DNA of 64,000 nucleotides from Magallana gigas (Eukaryota): NCBI RefSeq assembly GCF_963853765.1, contig NC_088857.1, positions 37,882,001 to 37,946,000 of the forward strand, read 5' to 3'. Shown piece by piece: positions 12,501 to 23,425 of this stretch (position 1 is its first letter; each line of letters starts with the position of its first letter). The notes under the pieces were generated by a model. It saw only the letters and a program-made list of their open reading frames with translations, ran no database searches and was not told where the DNA came from. The position numbers and the translations under genes were made by a program.

Positions 12501-12609
12501 TTACACTCTGGTAATACGGAAAGATGCGCTTCAAGTCAGCTACGGCCATTACTGGCTGAGTCATGTTCGATTGGAAAGCGTGGTGACTCATCATGGTCAT
12601 ACCGGTTAA
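6561..12609 (+). CDS. Secreted Ly6/uPAR-like + ShKT + unknown beta-rich domain protein, paralog 2 (330 aa, complete)
   Basis: Exons 6561-6573 (MAKK), 7249-7317 (MFRFLFVILLTSIEELPLCFGQT), 7935-8026 (EPIRHCLRCTGTTQTQLDSCIGLVECGEDKE), 8823-8885 (CYLNTTTLNDGTWIKTYGCAK), 9854-9947 (RSTCGSLAGPFGKRDPASTSVEYCGKEICNI), 10136-10279 (ShKT ...CRKSCGLCH), 12092-12609. Total 993 nt = 331 codons including stop; all phases agree. Confidence 0.9.
7590..7872 (+). mobile_element. Probable LINE 3' end remnant (intron of paralog 2)
   Basis: Ends AAATAAA-(CTGAA)3, an AATAAA plus short-repeat tail typical of L2/CR1/RTE 3' ends. The 5' boundary is approximate. Confidence 0.4.
8916..9336. mobile_element. TTAA-flanked MITE (Kolobok-like) carrying a tRNA-derived segment
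   Basis: Inverted repeat TTAAGGTCAGACGACACGTTCCTC at both ends. Internal A-box TGGCCAAGTGG (~9032) and B-box-like GAGTTCAAAGCC (~9092). Confidence 0.75.
10619..11797. mobile_element. Foldback-like element with ~150-bp imperfect TIRs built of AACGCACTTTGAA/TTCAAAGTGCGTT modules
   Basis: 10620-10740 is the reverse complement of ~11650-11795, including the GGACCAAGT core. Lies in the last intron of paralog 2. Confidence 0.65.
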
Positions 12610-12764
12610 TCTCGAGAAAATTACTTTCAAATGCAATTAATATGACATGTGAATCCACTGCTTTGCAATCTGCTATTATAATGAATAGTTTTAAGCATTA
12701 AATCGAAAAGCTATATCTGTATAATTCGTCATATTTTTCAATGTCTATTATTATATATCATTAT

Positions 12765-12995
12765 ACTTTCATGTTAAATACTGAAATCTGATTGGTTTAG
12801 ACGCAGTTGATAATCAGTTCTATTACCCTCAGCGTTAGCAACACACTTAGCAACAGGTAACACAACGAATTGTTACATGCGCGTAAATTATGCGCGTACG
12901 GTTCGCCGTAGAATTCACTTAAAGCAGTAAAAAATTCTCTAAAATTAAGACATTCAGTATAATAATATTAATAGTGCCTGTTTGGGAGGATAATT
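12765..12995. mobile_element. Dispersed repeat fragment (common oyster non-autonomous DNA element)
   Basis: CTGATTGGTT..TAGACGCAG...GCGTTAGCAACACACTTAGCAAC...CATGCGCGTAAATTATGCGCGTACG motif, recognised from memory only. Confidence 0.4.
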
Positions 12996-13159
12996 TTTAC
13001 AGTTAAGTTTTTTGAACAGAATTGAGTTTCTGTTCATTTTTTTTTAAACTTAATCTGATCTGCTTTGGATCGTATCATTCTGTGTTATTCATTCAAATCG
13101 AATTAATATAAAATGTCGATCAGATTAAAATCGTGCTCCATAGTTATGTGACAGTCAAA

Positions 13160-13300
13160 CCGGCACCAGATAACTCGGTTGATAGAGCACCTGACTGTAG
13201 AATCAAGCCCCCCCCCCCCCCCCCCGAGTTAGAATCCCAATCTGGTCCGTCATGATTGTTTCTCCCATCCCATTAGTTATGATGTCTGTGCTGACCGCAA
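13160..13300 (+). mobile_element. Degenerate tRNA-derived SINE fragment
   Basis: ATAACTCGGTTGATAGAGCACCTGACT (A-box-like) followed by GAGTTAGAATCCC (B-box-like), interrupted by a C-run. Confidence 0.5.
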
Positions 13301-13927
13301 AAGTCATTTGAATATTACTGATTTTAATCATATTTTATCTAAAACACACATACACAAAATTTACAATTCATCCATTATGTATCTACATAATATTTTTAGT
13401 ACAGATGTATATCTTTTTCCATCTCATCAAAGATCCTTCAGATTAGATGCAAATATTGCAGAGAAGTAAATCAATAACAAATTTTAAAACATAATTTATG
13501 AACCATTTATTCTGGATTCATAACCATATGTACCATGTATCATATAAGTGCACTGAAACAGCATAGAATGTAGCAATACATAGCATTTCATTTCCAAAAC
13601 TTGCACAAGAAACAGCTCACAATTATCAACATCTTTCTTTATTCATATTGGTAATATGTGCCCCATACAAATAAAACAAATAACATTAATATTTATCACT
13701 TCCAAATTTACGGAGGACAAGTGAAAATTTCAATATTTCATTCTGGAAAAAACATACTGATAAAAATGAGCGGAATATGCAAAGATTTGGTAAAAATCTT
13801 TGTGCAATCAAATCTTAAAATGAATATGTATGACCTTCTACCAGTGAACATTAGTATATGCTTCAAAACAAATCACCAGTGAACATTAGCTTACATTTCA
13901 AAACAAATCACACCAGAACCATGGCTA

Positions 13928-16900
13928 TTATGCATGCCTCTGAAGTGGCCGAGCATCAACCACTATGGTTTTTGCCAAAATGTCATAAGCAGCTCTGTTG
14001 TGTTGGAATATAAACACAGTCAGGCATGCTGGGAAAAAGAAGGCCATTGTAAAGTTCTTGATGACCGATCTCACTAAAGCACTGTGAAAGAAAAATAGGA
14101 AACATAAGGGTACAAACATATCACATTAGATTATTAAACTAATTTGAAACTGGAAAATACATCATTCATAATGTTAATGGAGGTTATATAGTAATACAAA
14201 GTCTAGAGATGAAAACCCTGCATAATTATGCAGCCTCCATCAGCTTTTAGACAATTTCTTAACTGCAACTTATAATAGACTACCAACAATTTGTCATAAG
14301 TGGTACAAAGTTAAAACATTCAGTAATTATACATTATTCTGACTAATGACAGTGTATTAAGAAAAACAGACATTCCATTTGTGAAAAATAAGTATCAGAT
14401 AAATAGTTAACTTTCATGGAGGTAAGGTATTCTGATGATGGATTTAACTGTGAGAATAGAATAATTTTTTTCCCATTAGACTTCACATTTTCTCAATCAC
14501 TTTTACATTGCAATTGTGTGCTTTTGTGACATTCTAACCAAAAAAAAAATGCTTAAGGAGTATAATCTTCCAAATGCCCTTTTACATCATATTTTTTTTC
14601 TTGAAAATGTATACCTAAAGAATCCAATATCCTTTGCTGGACACACTAAGACCCTTCCATGTGGCTGAGAGGTGACATGAAGACAGGAGACAACTTTCAA
14701 TCCCAGCATTCTCTTGCCTGGTGTAGCCCCTCCTACAGCTCCGCCTATGCCTTTACATAAACACAAGGTCTGAAACAATAGACGACATGCATGTACCAAT
14801 GGTAGGTATTTGTCTCAACTTCCAAATAAGGGTGGGATTGTTTCAAATACCAGTAGAATTACATGTGTATTTCTTTTTTCTACTTACTAAATTTGTATCT
14901 ATGTTCATAAATAAAATTAGTGTACAATAAAATTCATCCTAATGATACATATTTTCATTAGATCAATATGATAAATGATTGAACAAATATGTATACTGTA
15001 AAAGTGATTATTTACACTGGTGGATAAGTACATGTTTCTTATAGCCAAACACTATTCATGGGTATTAAATAGGCAGATGCTTGAATTATCACTCTAAAGT
15101 TTGATTTTTTTACCATTTGCATGAGGGTATTTTACATGGTTTTAAGCTTAACATGTGACTATTGTTAATTTTTTCTACTTGTAATAACCATTTTTACAGT
15201 ACATGTATAATACACAATATTAGCATTTAAAATACATTTAAATGGTAGCTTTTATTGAGACCAACTTTCTCTCTCTCAGTATTCTAAGAGTATCAAGGTA
15301 ATGAACTAACATATAAATAATATATTTAAAAAGCATCATATCCAGGTAGAATTATAATCTTAGCATATTGGTACAATATAATTTTTATAGTATTAATGTA
15401 AAATCATTTTAGTATTTTCTTTCCTTTTTTCTTACCTCAAAAATTGTTATCATTATTCTATTCATTATTTCTAAAGCTATTAGTTCTGAGGTAAAACTAA
15501 ATGCTTTTTCAACATCCATCTCTGTGATTTCTGTAAAGTCAAACTTCGGCATAATGTCCAGAGGAACTTCAATTAAATTATCATCTCTTCTGCAAAACAA
15601 ATAAAGACATAAACTAATGGGAGAGATCAAGTATACACTGTTATTTCATTCATCTTTAAACAAAAGTTCAAAATAGTGTACCGGTAGTTGTTTAAGCTAC
15701 TCTTCTTAAGGGCATGGTCATGAATTTGGTGAAATTTTATGTTTATTTTTTTATTTTTTACAATATACTTTAGTAATGCATTTCTGATGATCAACCAACA
15801 TTTGAGTGTCAGTCATAGAGTTTTAAGCATGATACAGAGCTCACAATTCCTTGTTAATATGTAAACAAGTCTTGTACCATGTTTTTTTTATATTGGTTCA
15901 ACATGCCAATAAAAGTTCTTTTTCAAGCTGATTTTTCTATCTGCTAATTTGTTTTGAACATAAACAGTTTCTAGTAACTGTTAAGTTCATTTGAGGTCCT
16001 AAACTTCAACATTCAAATGTAAACAAAAACATGACATGAACTTTGTTCACATATCAAAGAATTGTGAGCTCTGTATCCCTCTCATAACTGGATAACTAAC
16101 ACTAAAAGTTTGGTTGACTTATTAATAGAAGAGCCTTACTGAAGCATTGAAAACATTAAACATGGAAAAATAAATTTTGACCAATAATATGACCATGACC
16201 ATTAAGGAATTTAAACTTCAAAGATCAGACATATCTTATAATATGTATACTGTACAATAGCCCTTTGTTTTTTCTCTGTCGCAAGTTTTTAAATATTTTT
16301 TTTTATCATAATTATGTCCATTATGGAGTGATATATACATGTATGACTACTAACAAGCAACTTCTACAGCATCAAACTTATCTTGAGTGGACAAATGGAT
16401 GAAAATTCAAACTATATATTTACGCGATTACTTACAAATACCCCATGTGTCGTAATACCAGAACTGTCATCATAATCTTTAGATAGAACAACACAACAAA
16501 ATCAATTATTTCTGCTGCTACTCTTTTCCACAGAGGTGGTAGGGAATACAAAGATCCAACTGAAAAAGATATTAATTAATAATCATAAAAAAAATTAATT
16601 TTATCTTTAACCGGCAAAAAACTATAAACTTTTGAAAATCCTTTAGATCATTTTGATACATGTTCGTATATCACACAAAATGCATTTAGCTTTGTTTGTT
16701 TGGTTTGTTTTCAATGTGTACAAAATGGCATATATTAGCATCAAATACTTTTTAAAGAAAATCAAGATAAACAATGTAGAGATGTTTTGTATAGAACAGC
16801 TACATATGTACACCTTTACCTCTTTGGTTTTGAAATTGTGTCGTTCTTCTGGTACTGTTCGCTGCTGTGGTGGAATCTGGTGCTATAGTTGCAGTATGCG

Positions 16901-17111
16901 TCGCGGTATTGTTATTGTTGTTGTGTGGAAATGATAGCTGGGGACCGGTACAGTGATTTAACATTAATGGAAACATTGTAGAGAAGGACTGCATTGAGTT
17001 CCACATCCGATACTGATACAGCCATAGATGAAGCTGGTCTGTGTATTCCCTAAGATTCCTGTACGGTCGCTCTGAAGAACTTTGTTCAGAAGGATTTTGT
17101 GTAGTCTCCAT
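13928..17111 (-). CDS. FAM8A1: FAM8A1 homolog (RDD-family membrane protein; HRD1/SYVN1 ERAD cofactor)
   Basis: Phase-consistent exons 16820-17111, 16436-16559 (VGSLYSLPPLWKRVAAEIIDFVVLFYLK...), 15436-15589, 14615-14769 (GGATPGKRMLGLKVV), 13928-14081 (SALVRSVIKNFTMAFFFPACLTVFIFQHNRAAYDILAKTIVV). Motifs match human FAM8A1 GGATPGK and FFPAF..FFQHNRTAYDIVAGTIVV. Confidence 0.95.
14994..15201. mobile_element. TA-flanked MITE (TACTGTAAAA...TTTACAGTA) in a FAM8A1 intron
   Basis: Short inverted termini with TA at both ends, the same terminal motif as 32807-33022. Confidence 0.5.
15706..16205. mobile_element. Kolobok-like ~500-bp MITE, TTAA-flanked
   Basis: TTAAGGGCATGGTCATG...TTGACCAATAATATGACCATGACCATTAA. 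Internal sequence is shared with the 26844, 27818 and 29130 copies. Confidence 0.75.
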
Positions 17112-17205
17112 AGCTAGTCCTTTCTTGGTCTTTGTTTCCTTTTATAAGAAGAATTAACACAAACAATAAGCCGAGTCGCAAAATCTTCGGTTGACAGACA
17201 TGTTT

Positions 17206-17213
17206 ACTTCCGG
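17206..17213. promoter_or_regulatory. ETS/GABPA-type site (ACTTCCGG) upstream of FAM8A1
   Basis: Exact CCGGAAGT on the minus strand ~95 bp 5' of the ATG, in a CpG-richer patch. An identical motif lies before ELOA. Confidence 0.45.
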
Positions 17214-17774
17214 CTCATGGCGTGTATAGATTTAGAGCCAAATTTGAAAGATTCCGGATTATAAGCATCTTCATACCTTTGACCTAAAAAAAAAAAATTA
17301 AACAAATGAATAATAGAATAAATAAATAGGTAAAAAAATACAACAAAAACGAAAATAAAAGTCTATATAACGTAAGTCCCCGGTCTAAACTACAACGTAA
17401 CACCACAGGGGCATCATTATAAATAATACACGTGTATTATTTATATACTAGTATATGTCATAGAGTGTACAGTAGAGCGGATACGATGCCCCAGTGGAAA
17501 CATCTTTTGTTTTTGTTTTTTATACATGTATATATTTAAGAGAAGAATCAGATGTAAGAGAAGAATCCGATGCCTTTTCAATATATCTGCATTTTTAGAA
17601 GTCATAAAGATAAAACTTTTTTCTAAACATATCAAGATAATAATATGTCCGGATTAAAGGTGATTTGTGGTGTTTTATACGTGGTCTATATATTTTCTAC
17701 AATGCATGCTATAAATACCTTCTTACCTGCATGAAATACCAAAGAAAACAATCTTTTATTAAACTTACAATTGC

Positions 17775-17992
17775 ATGGACTTTCGGTTGGACGTAGCTAT
17801 CTATTTCTTTCGTCAAAACAAGTTAAAAATTACGCGGTATCAAGTGAAATATGCACCGATTGCGTAGTTTTAGCCCAAAAGCCTTTCAAACAGTCATGGC
17901 TGAGTGGCCAGCAATGAAATAGACAGTCCTACGTCACATTGTTTTTTAACACAACTACCCAAAGTCCAAGGTCTTTTTAAAATGGTTCTAAT
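17775..17992. mobile_element. MITE copy (TIR ATTAGAACCATTTTAA family) lacking the Ginger-like insert; one end truncated
   Basis: Reverse-complement homolog of 28497-28857. Reads GAGTGG-CCAG-CAATG (17908-17911) where the other copy carries the 109-bp palindrome. Confidence 0.75.
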
Positions 17993-18584
17993 TATCCACA
18001 TGAATATGCTCCTGCATAGAATTATACGGTATGGATTTATACATGTGTTACCGCATCTGGCTAGCGAAGATGGGGAGCAAAGTGGACCGAAAACCCTTGG
18101 CTAGCGAAGATGGTGTTACCGGTTAATTTGCGTTCTATGCAAGATCATGTATTGTAATTTACATCGACCTACTTACACTAGAAACCACTGCTCTTCGTAT
18201 AAAATATTTATCGCTTTGTTTAAAAAGCAAACTTATGTACATGTACTAGTACTCATTTTTTCGGGGGTGTAATAACCATTAGTATTGAATGTAAACGACC
18301 TTAAATACATGCCTGATGCCTAATCATAATACTCGAATTGCTAAGCTCAATACGCAAAAACCCAACAAGAAGTCGGATCGCAATCCTATTATAGCATACA
18401 GGTACATGTACAGTGACTGTAAAAGTGTTGACCGATTACTTTGACTTATAAAAGATTTGGTACGATAAGGACAATTCTGAACCATAATGCCATTTTTCTC
18501 TGTATTTTTTTTTACGTTCGATTTTGTTTAACGTATGATTTTAAAATGCTAATTTAATGATGGAAAATATACATGGATTACACA

Positions 18585-18672
18585 GTGGCGTCGGGAGCAA
18601 ATTGAAAGGGGGGGGGGGGGGCTAGATTTATCAAAAATCGTTACCCCCGTCCTCCCTCCGGTTCCCACGCCT
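18585..18672. mobile_element. Short G/C-run MITE (CAGTGGCGTCGG-AGCAAATTGAAAG terminus)
   Basis: The same terminus appears inverted at 39435-39475. Confidence 0.6.
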
Positions 18673-21438
18673 ATTCATTACAAACTTCTTCATATTTACA
18701 TTTTATATTGGAAAAGTTAACGAAACACTAGCTGTTATTAAAGGCAAACTTAAGCTTGTCATCCTGTAAAAAGACAATTTAACTATTTATCGTATATTCT
18801 ATATCCCAAGTACAGAAATAATTCATTTTTTTTTCAGTCTAAATCGCTCAGATTAATCACAGAGTAATTGCACGCTTATGTCGGAATAATATCTGAATCT
18901 CAATAACAGTATATCCAGAAGTGATCTGATACATAAACAATCATTATATTCGTATTGTCGATAACACTGAGTATAAAGTGAAATCAATGACCATGCTTAA
19001 TGTTAGATGTTTATTGCTGGACGTTTACACGAAAATACATGCATACAAAACCAGACTAAATTCATTCAAGGTCGTTTTTTTTTTAGTTTAATGCTTTTTT
19101 AATTCTAATCCTGAGCGCGTATCTAATCATTAATTGTTATTAATTGTTTTGTTTGGTTTTTTGTTGTTATGTTCGGTCTTTTATGGCTTTTTTTTTGGGG
19201 GGGGGGTGTTTTTGGGGGGTTTTTTTTTGGGGGGGTGTACTTGTTTTTTTTTTTTTTGGGGGGGGGGGGTGCTAATAATGCAATGCTTGTTCAGTGTGAA
19301 CCACCATGATAAATTCTGCAATGACTTTTTTCTGTATAATCTTTGTATAATATATTCAATTCATATAACTATTTGCGTGTTTACACTGAAGTGGACATTT
19401 ATATAACCCTGAGTTCCCATTATATTCCTATTCTTTATAGATAAAAAATGAATGAAAATTGCTTTTTCTACCGGCAATTGTTTTTCTCTGACAGCTCTTT
19501 ACAAACTAGAGTGGGGATGATCGCGGGTCGATATTCAGAATCTATAACCACTAAGGATAGGACAAGCCCTGTGTAATCAGCGAGCGCTCGGAACCGCGGA
19601 TAGAAAACAAGATCGTTATATTACCGACATATTTCCAGAATGAAATTAGGTTCCAAAGACCTGTTTTTGTTGTTGCCATAATTGACCGCAAGCTGTTCTG
19701 CAACTGTTTATTTTATTCTGAAAACAAGTTTTTTTTGTAGGTATACTAATATGAAACAAAAGCTATTTATATCAATTTACATTATCATTTCTGATCGTAA
19801 AGTGGCATTAGTCTAAACGCGATAGTGACGTATTTTATTGTCAAACATTCAGTCATTGGATAAATTAATAGAAAACAACATTCCTGATACACTTAGCTGT
19901 GTCTACATATATTCTCTTTTGAGAAGTGGACATGCATAGCCAACATCCACGAAGTGCAAGTAGGCTATGCCTGTCCACTTTTCAAACGAGAATATGTTTA
20001 CAAAATTAATGCAAATTTCGCTTTCGGTTAGCATCAATTTCCACTTGTTTTGATATGTGAATAGAGAATAGGTCCATCATCAGTTAAAAGAATTACCAAG
20101 CTTCGAATAATCAGTTAAAAGAATTACCAAGCTTCGATGATAAGTGGGTATCGGTGAAATGAAGAATTAATTTATCTTGATCTTCAATTAAACTGATCGC
20201 AAGAAATTTAATATTTTCCTAAATTTCTAAGTTTATACATCAATCTATATAACTCTGATTGAAAATTAAATGAAAACGTATGAACCGGAATATATTTGAT
20301 TTAACATAACTTGCGTAGATTGAGTTGTTAATTAATTTTTATGTTGCATACAATTCTTTTTAAGATTTCTGAGTAAATCTTATGATAAAATCAAGTCAAA
20401 AAATTCAAATCATTCTATTTACCTGTAATTGACATTAAATTTCATATGGGAGAACAATTTTATTAAATTATAAAAAAAAAACCAAAACGAATACAGATTT
20501 TTTAAATCCGGCGGCATGTAATACAAAACCTACAGAAATAGAACCAAAAGCTTCAATGACAGCTGATACCATCCAAAAACATAAAACCGCCCACCTCTGA
20601 CATTTAGTTTGTTGGAAGTGGTTTTGGTCTTTTATAAGAACCCTTGTTATGACCAAGTTATCGGGTTTTATTCTGGTCGATAAACTTAGTACCGTTTTCC
20701 AGTTCATTTTTTGTACACGAAATAGATCAATTTACAGCAGTGTGTTTCTCGAGGATTTATAAATAGCATTTACGCACCCACACATGTTGTTTACCCAAGA
20801 ATGGAACTTGTTTTTACTGTCAGATGGTACTTCTTCAATATCTTTTTCAACCTTGATTTTTTTTTTTTTTTGGTGTTTAAGTAATTTAAAATCAGACAAA
20901 CTATACTTACACGTTCCTAACAATAAATTGAAAAGATGAGAAGAAAATTTAACATTCTTTTATTTCTGTCGGTTTCAAATATAGAACACTAATAGATTCC
21001 AAAACCAGAAAAATAGAATTAAAATCTTCATAACAAATATCCCTGTGATTTGTACAAGTATATGGTATGTAAATGTTATAAACTGCTAAGAACTATAAAA
21101 TTCGGTCCCACGGCTATATAGTTTGATGCCATTTGTCGGTATAAGTCCATGTGTTAAAACCACAGTGCACGTGCACTTACATGTACGTGAGATCAGTTCT
21201 TTGCTTAGATCATATCACAGGAGAGACTGGATGCAATGCTTGCTGCGTGTTTTATACGTGTAGTAGCTGTGATATTAACTAAGACACGCTCCAAGTTGTT
21301 CATCATGCCAATCTGATTTCTGCGGGGTATATTCGTAGATTATATGGCAAAGTTCGCGTCGGCGCAGATGACCCCTTCCGTTGACTGTTTAAGCCTTTTT
21401 GACCATTTTAATTCAATTTCTTTGAAAACCGTTCGAGG

Positions 21439-22047
21439 TCATCCGTTGGAATACTTGGTAAGATCTCTGAAGAAGATGAGAGACGCAACGATATTACCGT
21501 TCTTCAGTTTACCTCCCATGGGCAGGCAACCACATTTAATGAATCCTCCCAATTTAGAGATGATTTTCTGCATTCCCAGGTTATTGCAGAAAGTGTCCAC
21601 ATACATTCCCTGATATCCAAGAATTTCGGAGAATTCCAGTACCTTTCTCATGCAAAACTCGCCAATTCCTTTTTGTCGGTCATTTGGCCTCACTATGATA
21701 TAGGGGTCCACTGCATCCGGGGAACCCCGATAGAACTTGCTTGACGTCATAATAAATGACGCAATGAGTTCTTTCGTTCGTTCGTCGATGACAACAAAAC
21801 AGAAGGATTCTCTTATTTCGTCGCGGAATTCCTCTTCATTCTGAAACTCGTCCACACCAAACCCATGTCCATCTTCGGCACACTGTTGGATAAGTTCATA
21901 CGTTTCGGTCATGTGATCATCGGACATCCAATCAATGATGATCTCCCGATTGTTGGGTAGCTGCGACAAAAGGGGCAAGTGTGGTAACAATCGTTGATGG
22001 CGGTCCTCTCTTAGCATCATTCCGTATCGGTTAAGTTTGGCAGCAAT
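21439..22047 (-). CDS. GNAT-family N-acetyltransferase (Mpr1/Aca1-like), main coding exon
   Basis: 203-codon exon after a TTTTACAG acceptor. Acetyl-CoA motif A IIVRPNDRQKGIGEF, then GYQGMYVDTFCNNLGMQKII..LGGF..CGCLP, i.e. a GNAT C-terminal half. A possible upstream phase-0 exon lies at 22510-22686 (low confidence). Confidence 0.85.
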   Translation of the reverse strand: MAAKLNRYGMMLREDRHQRLLPHLPLLSQLPNNREIIIDWMSDDHMTETYELIQQCAEDGHGFGVDEFQNEEEFRDEIRESFCFVVIDERTKELIASFIMTSSKFYRGSPDAVDPYIIVRPNDRQKGIGEFCMRKVLEFSEILGYQGMYVDTFCNNLGMQKIISKLGGFIKCGCLPMGGKLKNGNIVASLIFFRDLTKYSNG

Positions 22048-23351
22048 CTGTAAAACAAACAAAAATTGTTGGTGATATGGATGGCACATAATTTATCATC
22101 ATAATTTTTCTACTTTTTGTAAAGTATTTAATTTTAGATAGTTGTTTGTAACAGGTAAAAGAAAAATATTTCAATATCTTATGTACACCAAAAAGCGATG
22201 CAAAAGCAAAGGTGCAGGAGCATATAGGATCATAATATTTAACCCTTTTTAATCAGAATATATCAATATGACCCTTTTTAATACATGGATTCAGAATATA
22301 TCAATAATCATTTTTATCCATATATAAATCATCTGTTCTGTTTGATACAGATATATATCTAGTTATCTACGTAGATACATATTTTTTGATCTCAGTGAAG
22401 CTTGCATTATTACACGTAATTGAAGAAGAAGAAACGTATGCCGATCACTATTGGGTATCAAGTTCAGTTCAGGCTAATTAAAATTAGAGATCAAACATAT
22501 ATAGCATACACTAATACTCAATTTGAAAAACCGTAGTGTATATGTAATAGACTCAACGATGACATCCACACTAACCCTTGAACCTGAAGATGTTTGTTGA
22601 GTATTCAAGTTAAATCTGATCACAAGTGAGTAAAGCAATGGCAAAGACCCTTCATGATTTGATATAGCTACAACAATAATGAAATACTTCAAAAGATGAA
22701 GTATAGTGTGTACATGTAATGGCGTGATAAGAGCATTTTAATTTGATTCATCTGCCTTGGGATTTTATCTTCCTTGAATATCCATGTAGATTTGACAAGA
22801 TAAACTATATCTTTTGCGCCGTATTTTTTTTAAAGGGGGTAGGGTGTTTATTGGGGGTTTTCAAAAGTTAGTATTTCAAATTACACTGGCATGTTACTGA
22901 AATTCTTACATTTATCAACATTCTTATTAAGTTTATAACTTATTTTTTTCCCTTGGAAAACGCATGATTTCTGGGTTCTATCAAACTGACAGCAAGGTAC
23001 ATAAAGTCAAAAATCTCTTTATATGCGAGTTTAGAGAAACCTCTATTTATTCAAATTTAAATGTATTTTTACATCGCTGATTCGCTGATATCATATTTGC
23101 CATGATTTCAGATATACTCCCCAAGTAACAATTCACTAGTCATTAATCACATGGAAAGCTTTCAAAAGAAAAACGCTGGGAGTCAAGGACTGTGGATATA
23201 TATTTCAAAAAAGAACGGGGAAAAAATGGGCAGACAAATCTACAGTGAACATCTTGGCGGAGGTTCATGTTTTCCAAACGTTCGAAAGGCAAACATTTGG
23301 AACACGTTACACGTAAAATATGCGCAGTCAGCTTGCAATCTTTATAAAATG

Positions 23352-23353
<2 letters not shown>

Positions 23354-23420
<67 letters not shown>
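23354..23420. repeat. (AG)n microsatellite
   Basis: Directly visible. Confidence 0.95.

Positions 23421-23425
<5 letters not shown>

Noticed and set aside
18055-18115. 16-bp direct repeat TGGCTAGCGAAGATGG x2
   Set aside because: Only two copies with one spacer; it looks like the end of a common Helitron-like repeat. Not CRISPR-like, and the genome is eukaryotic.
19134-19406. Gly/Phe-rich ORFs (also 8332..8523 and 39131..39434)
   Set aside because: Products of G- and T-homopolymer tracts.
20079-20137. 28-bp direct duplication, period 31
   Set aside because: Simple local slippage duplication with no further structure.
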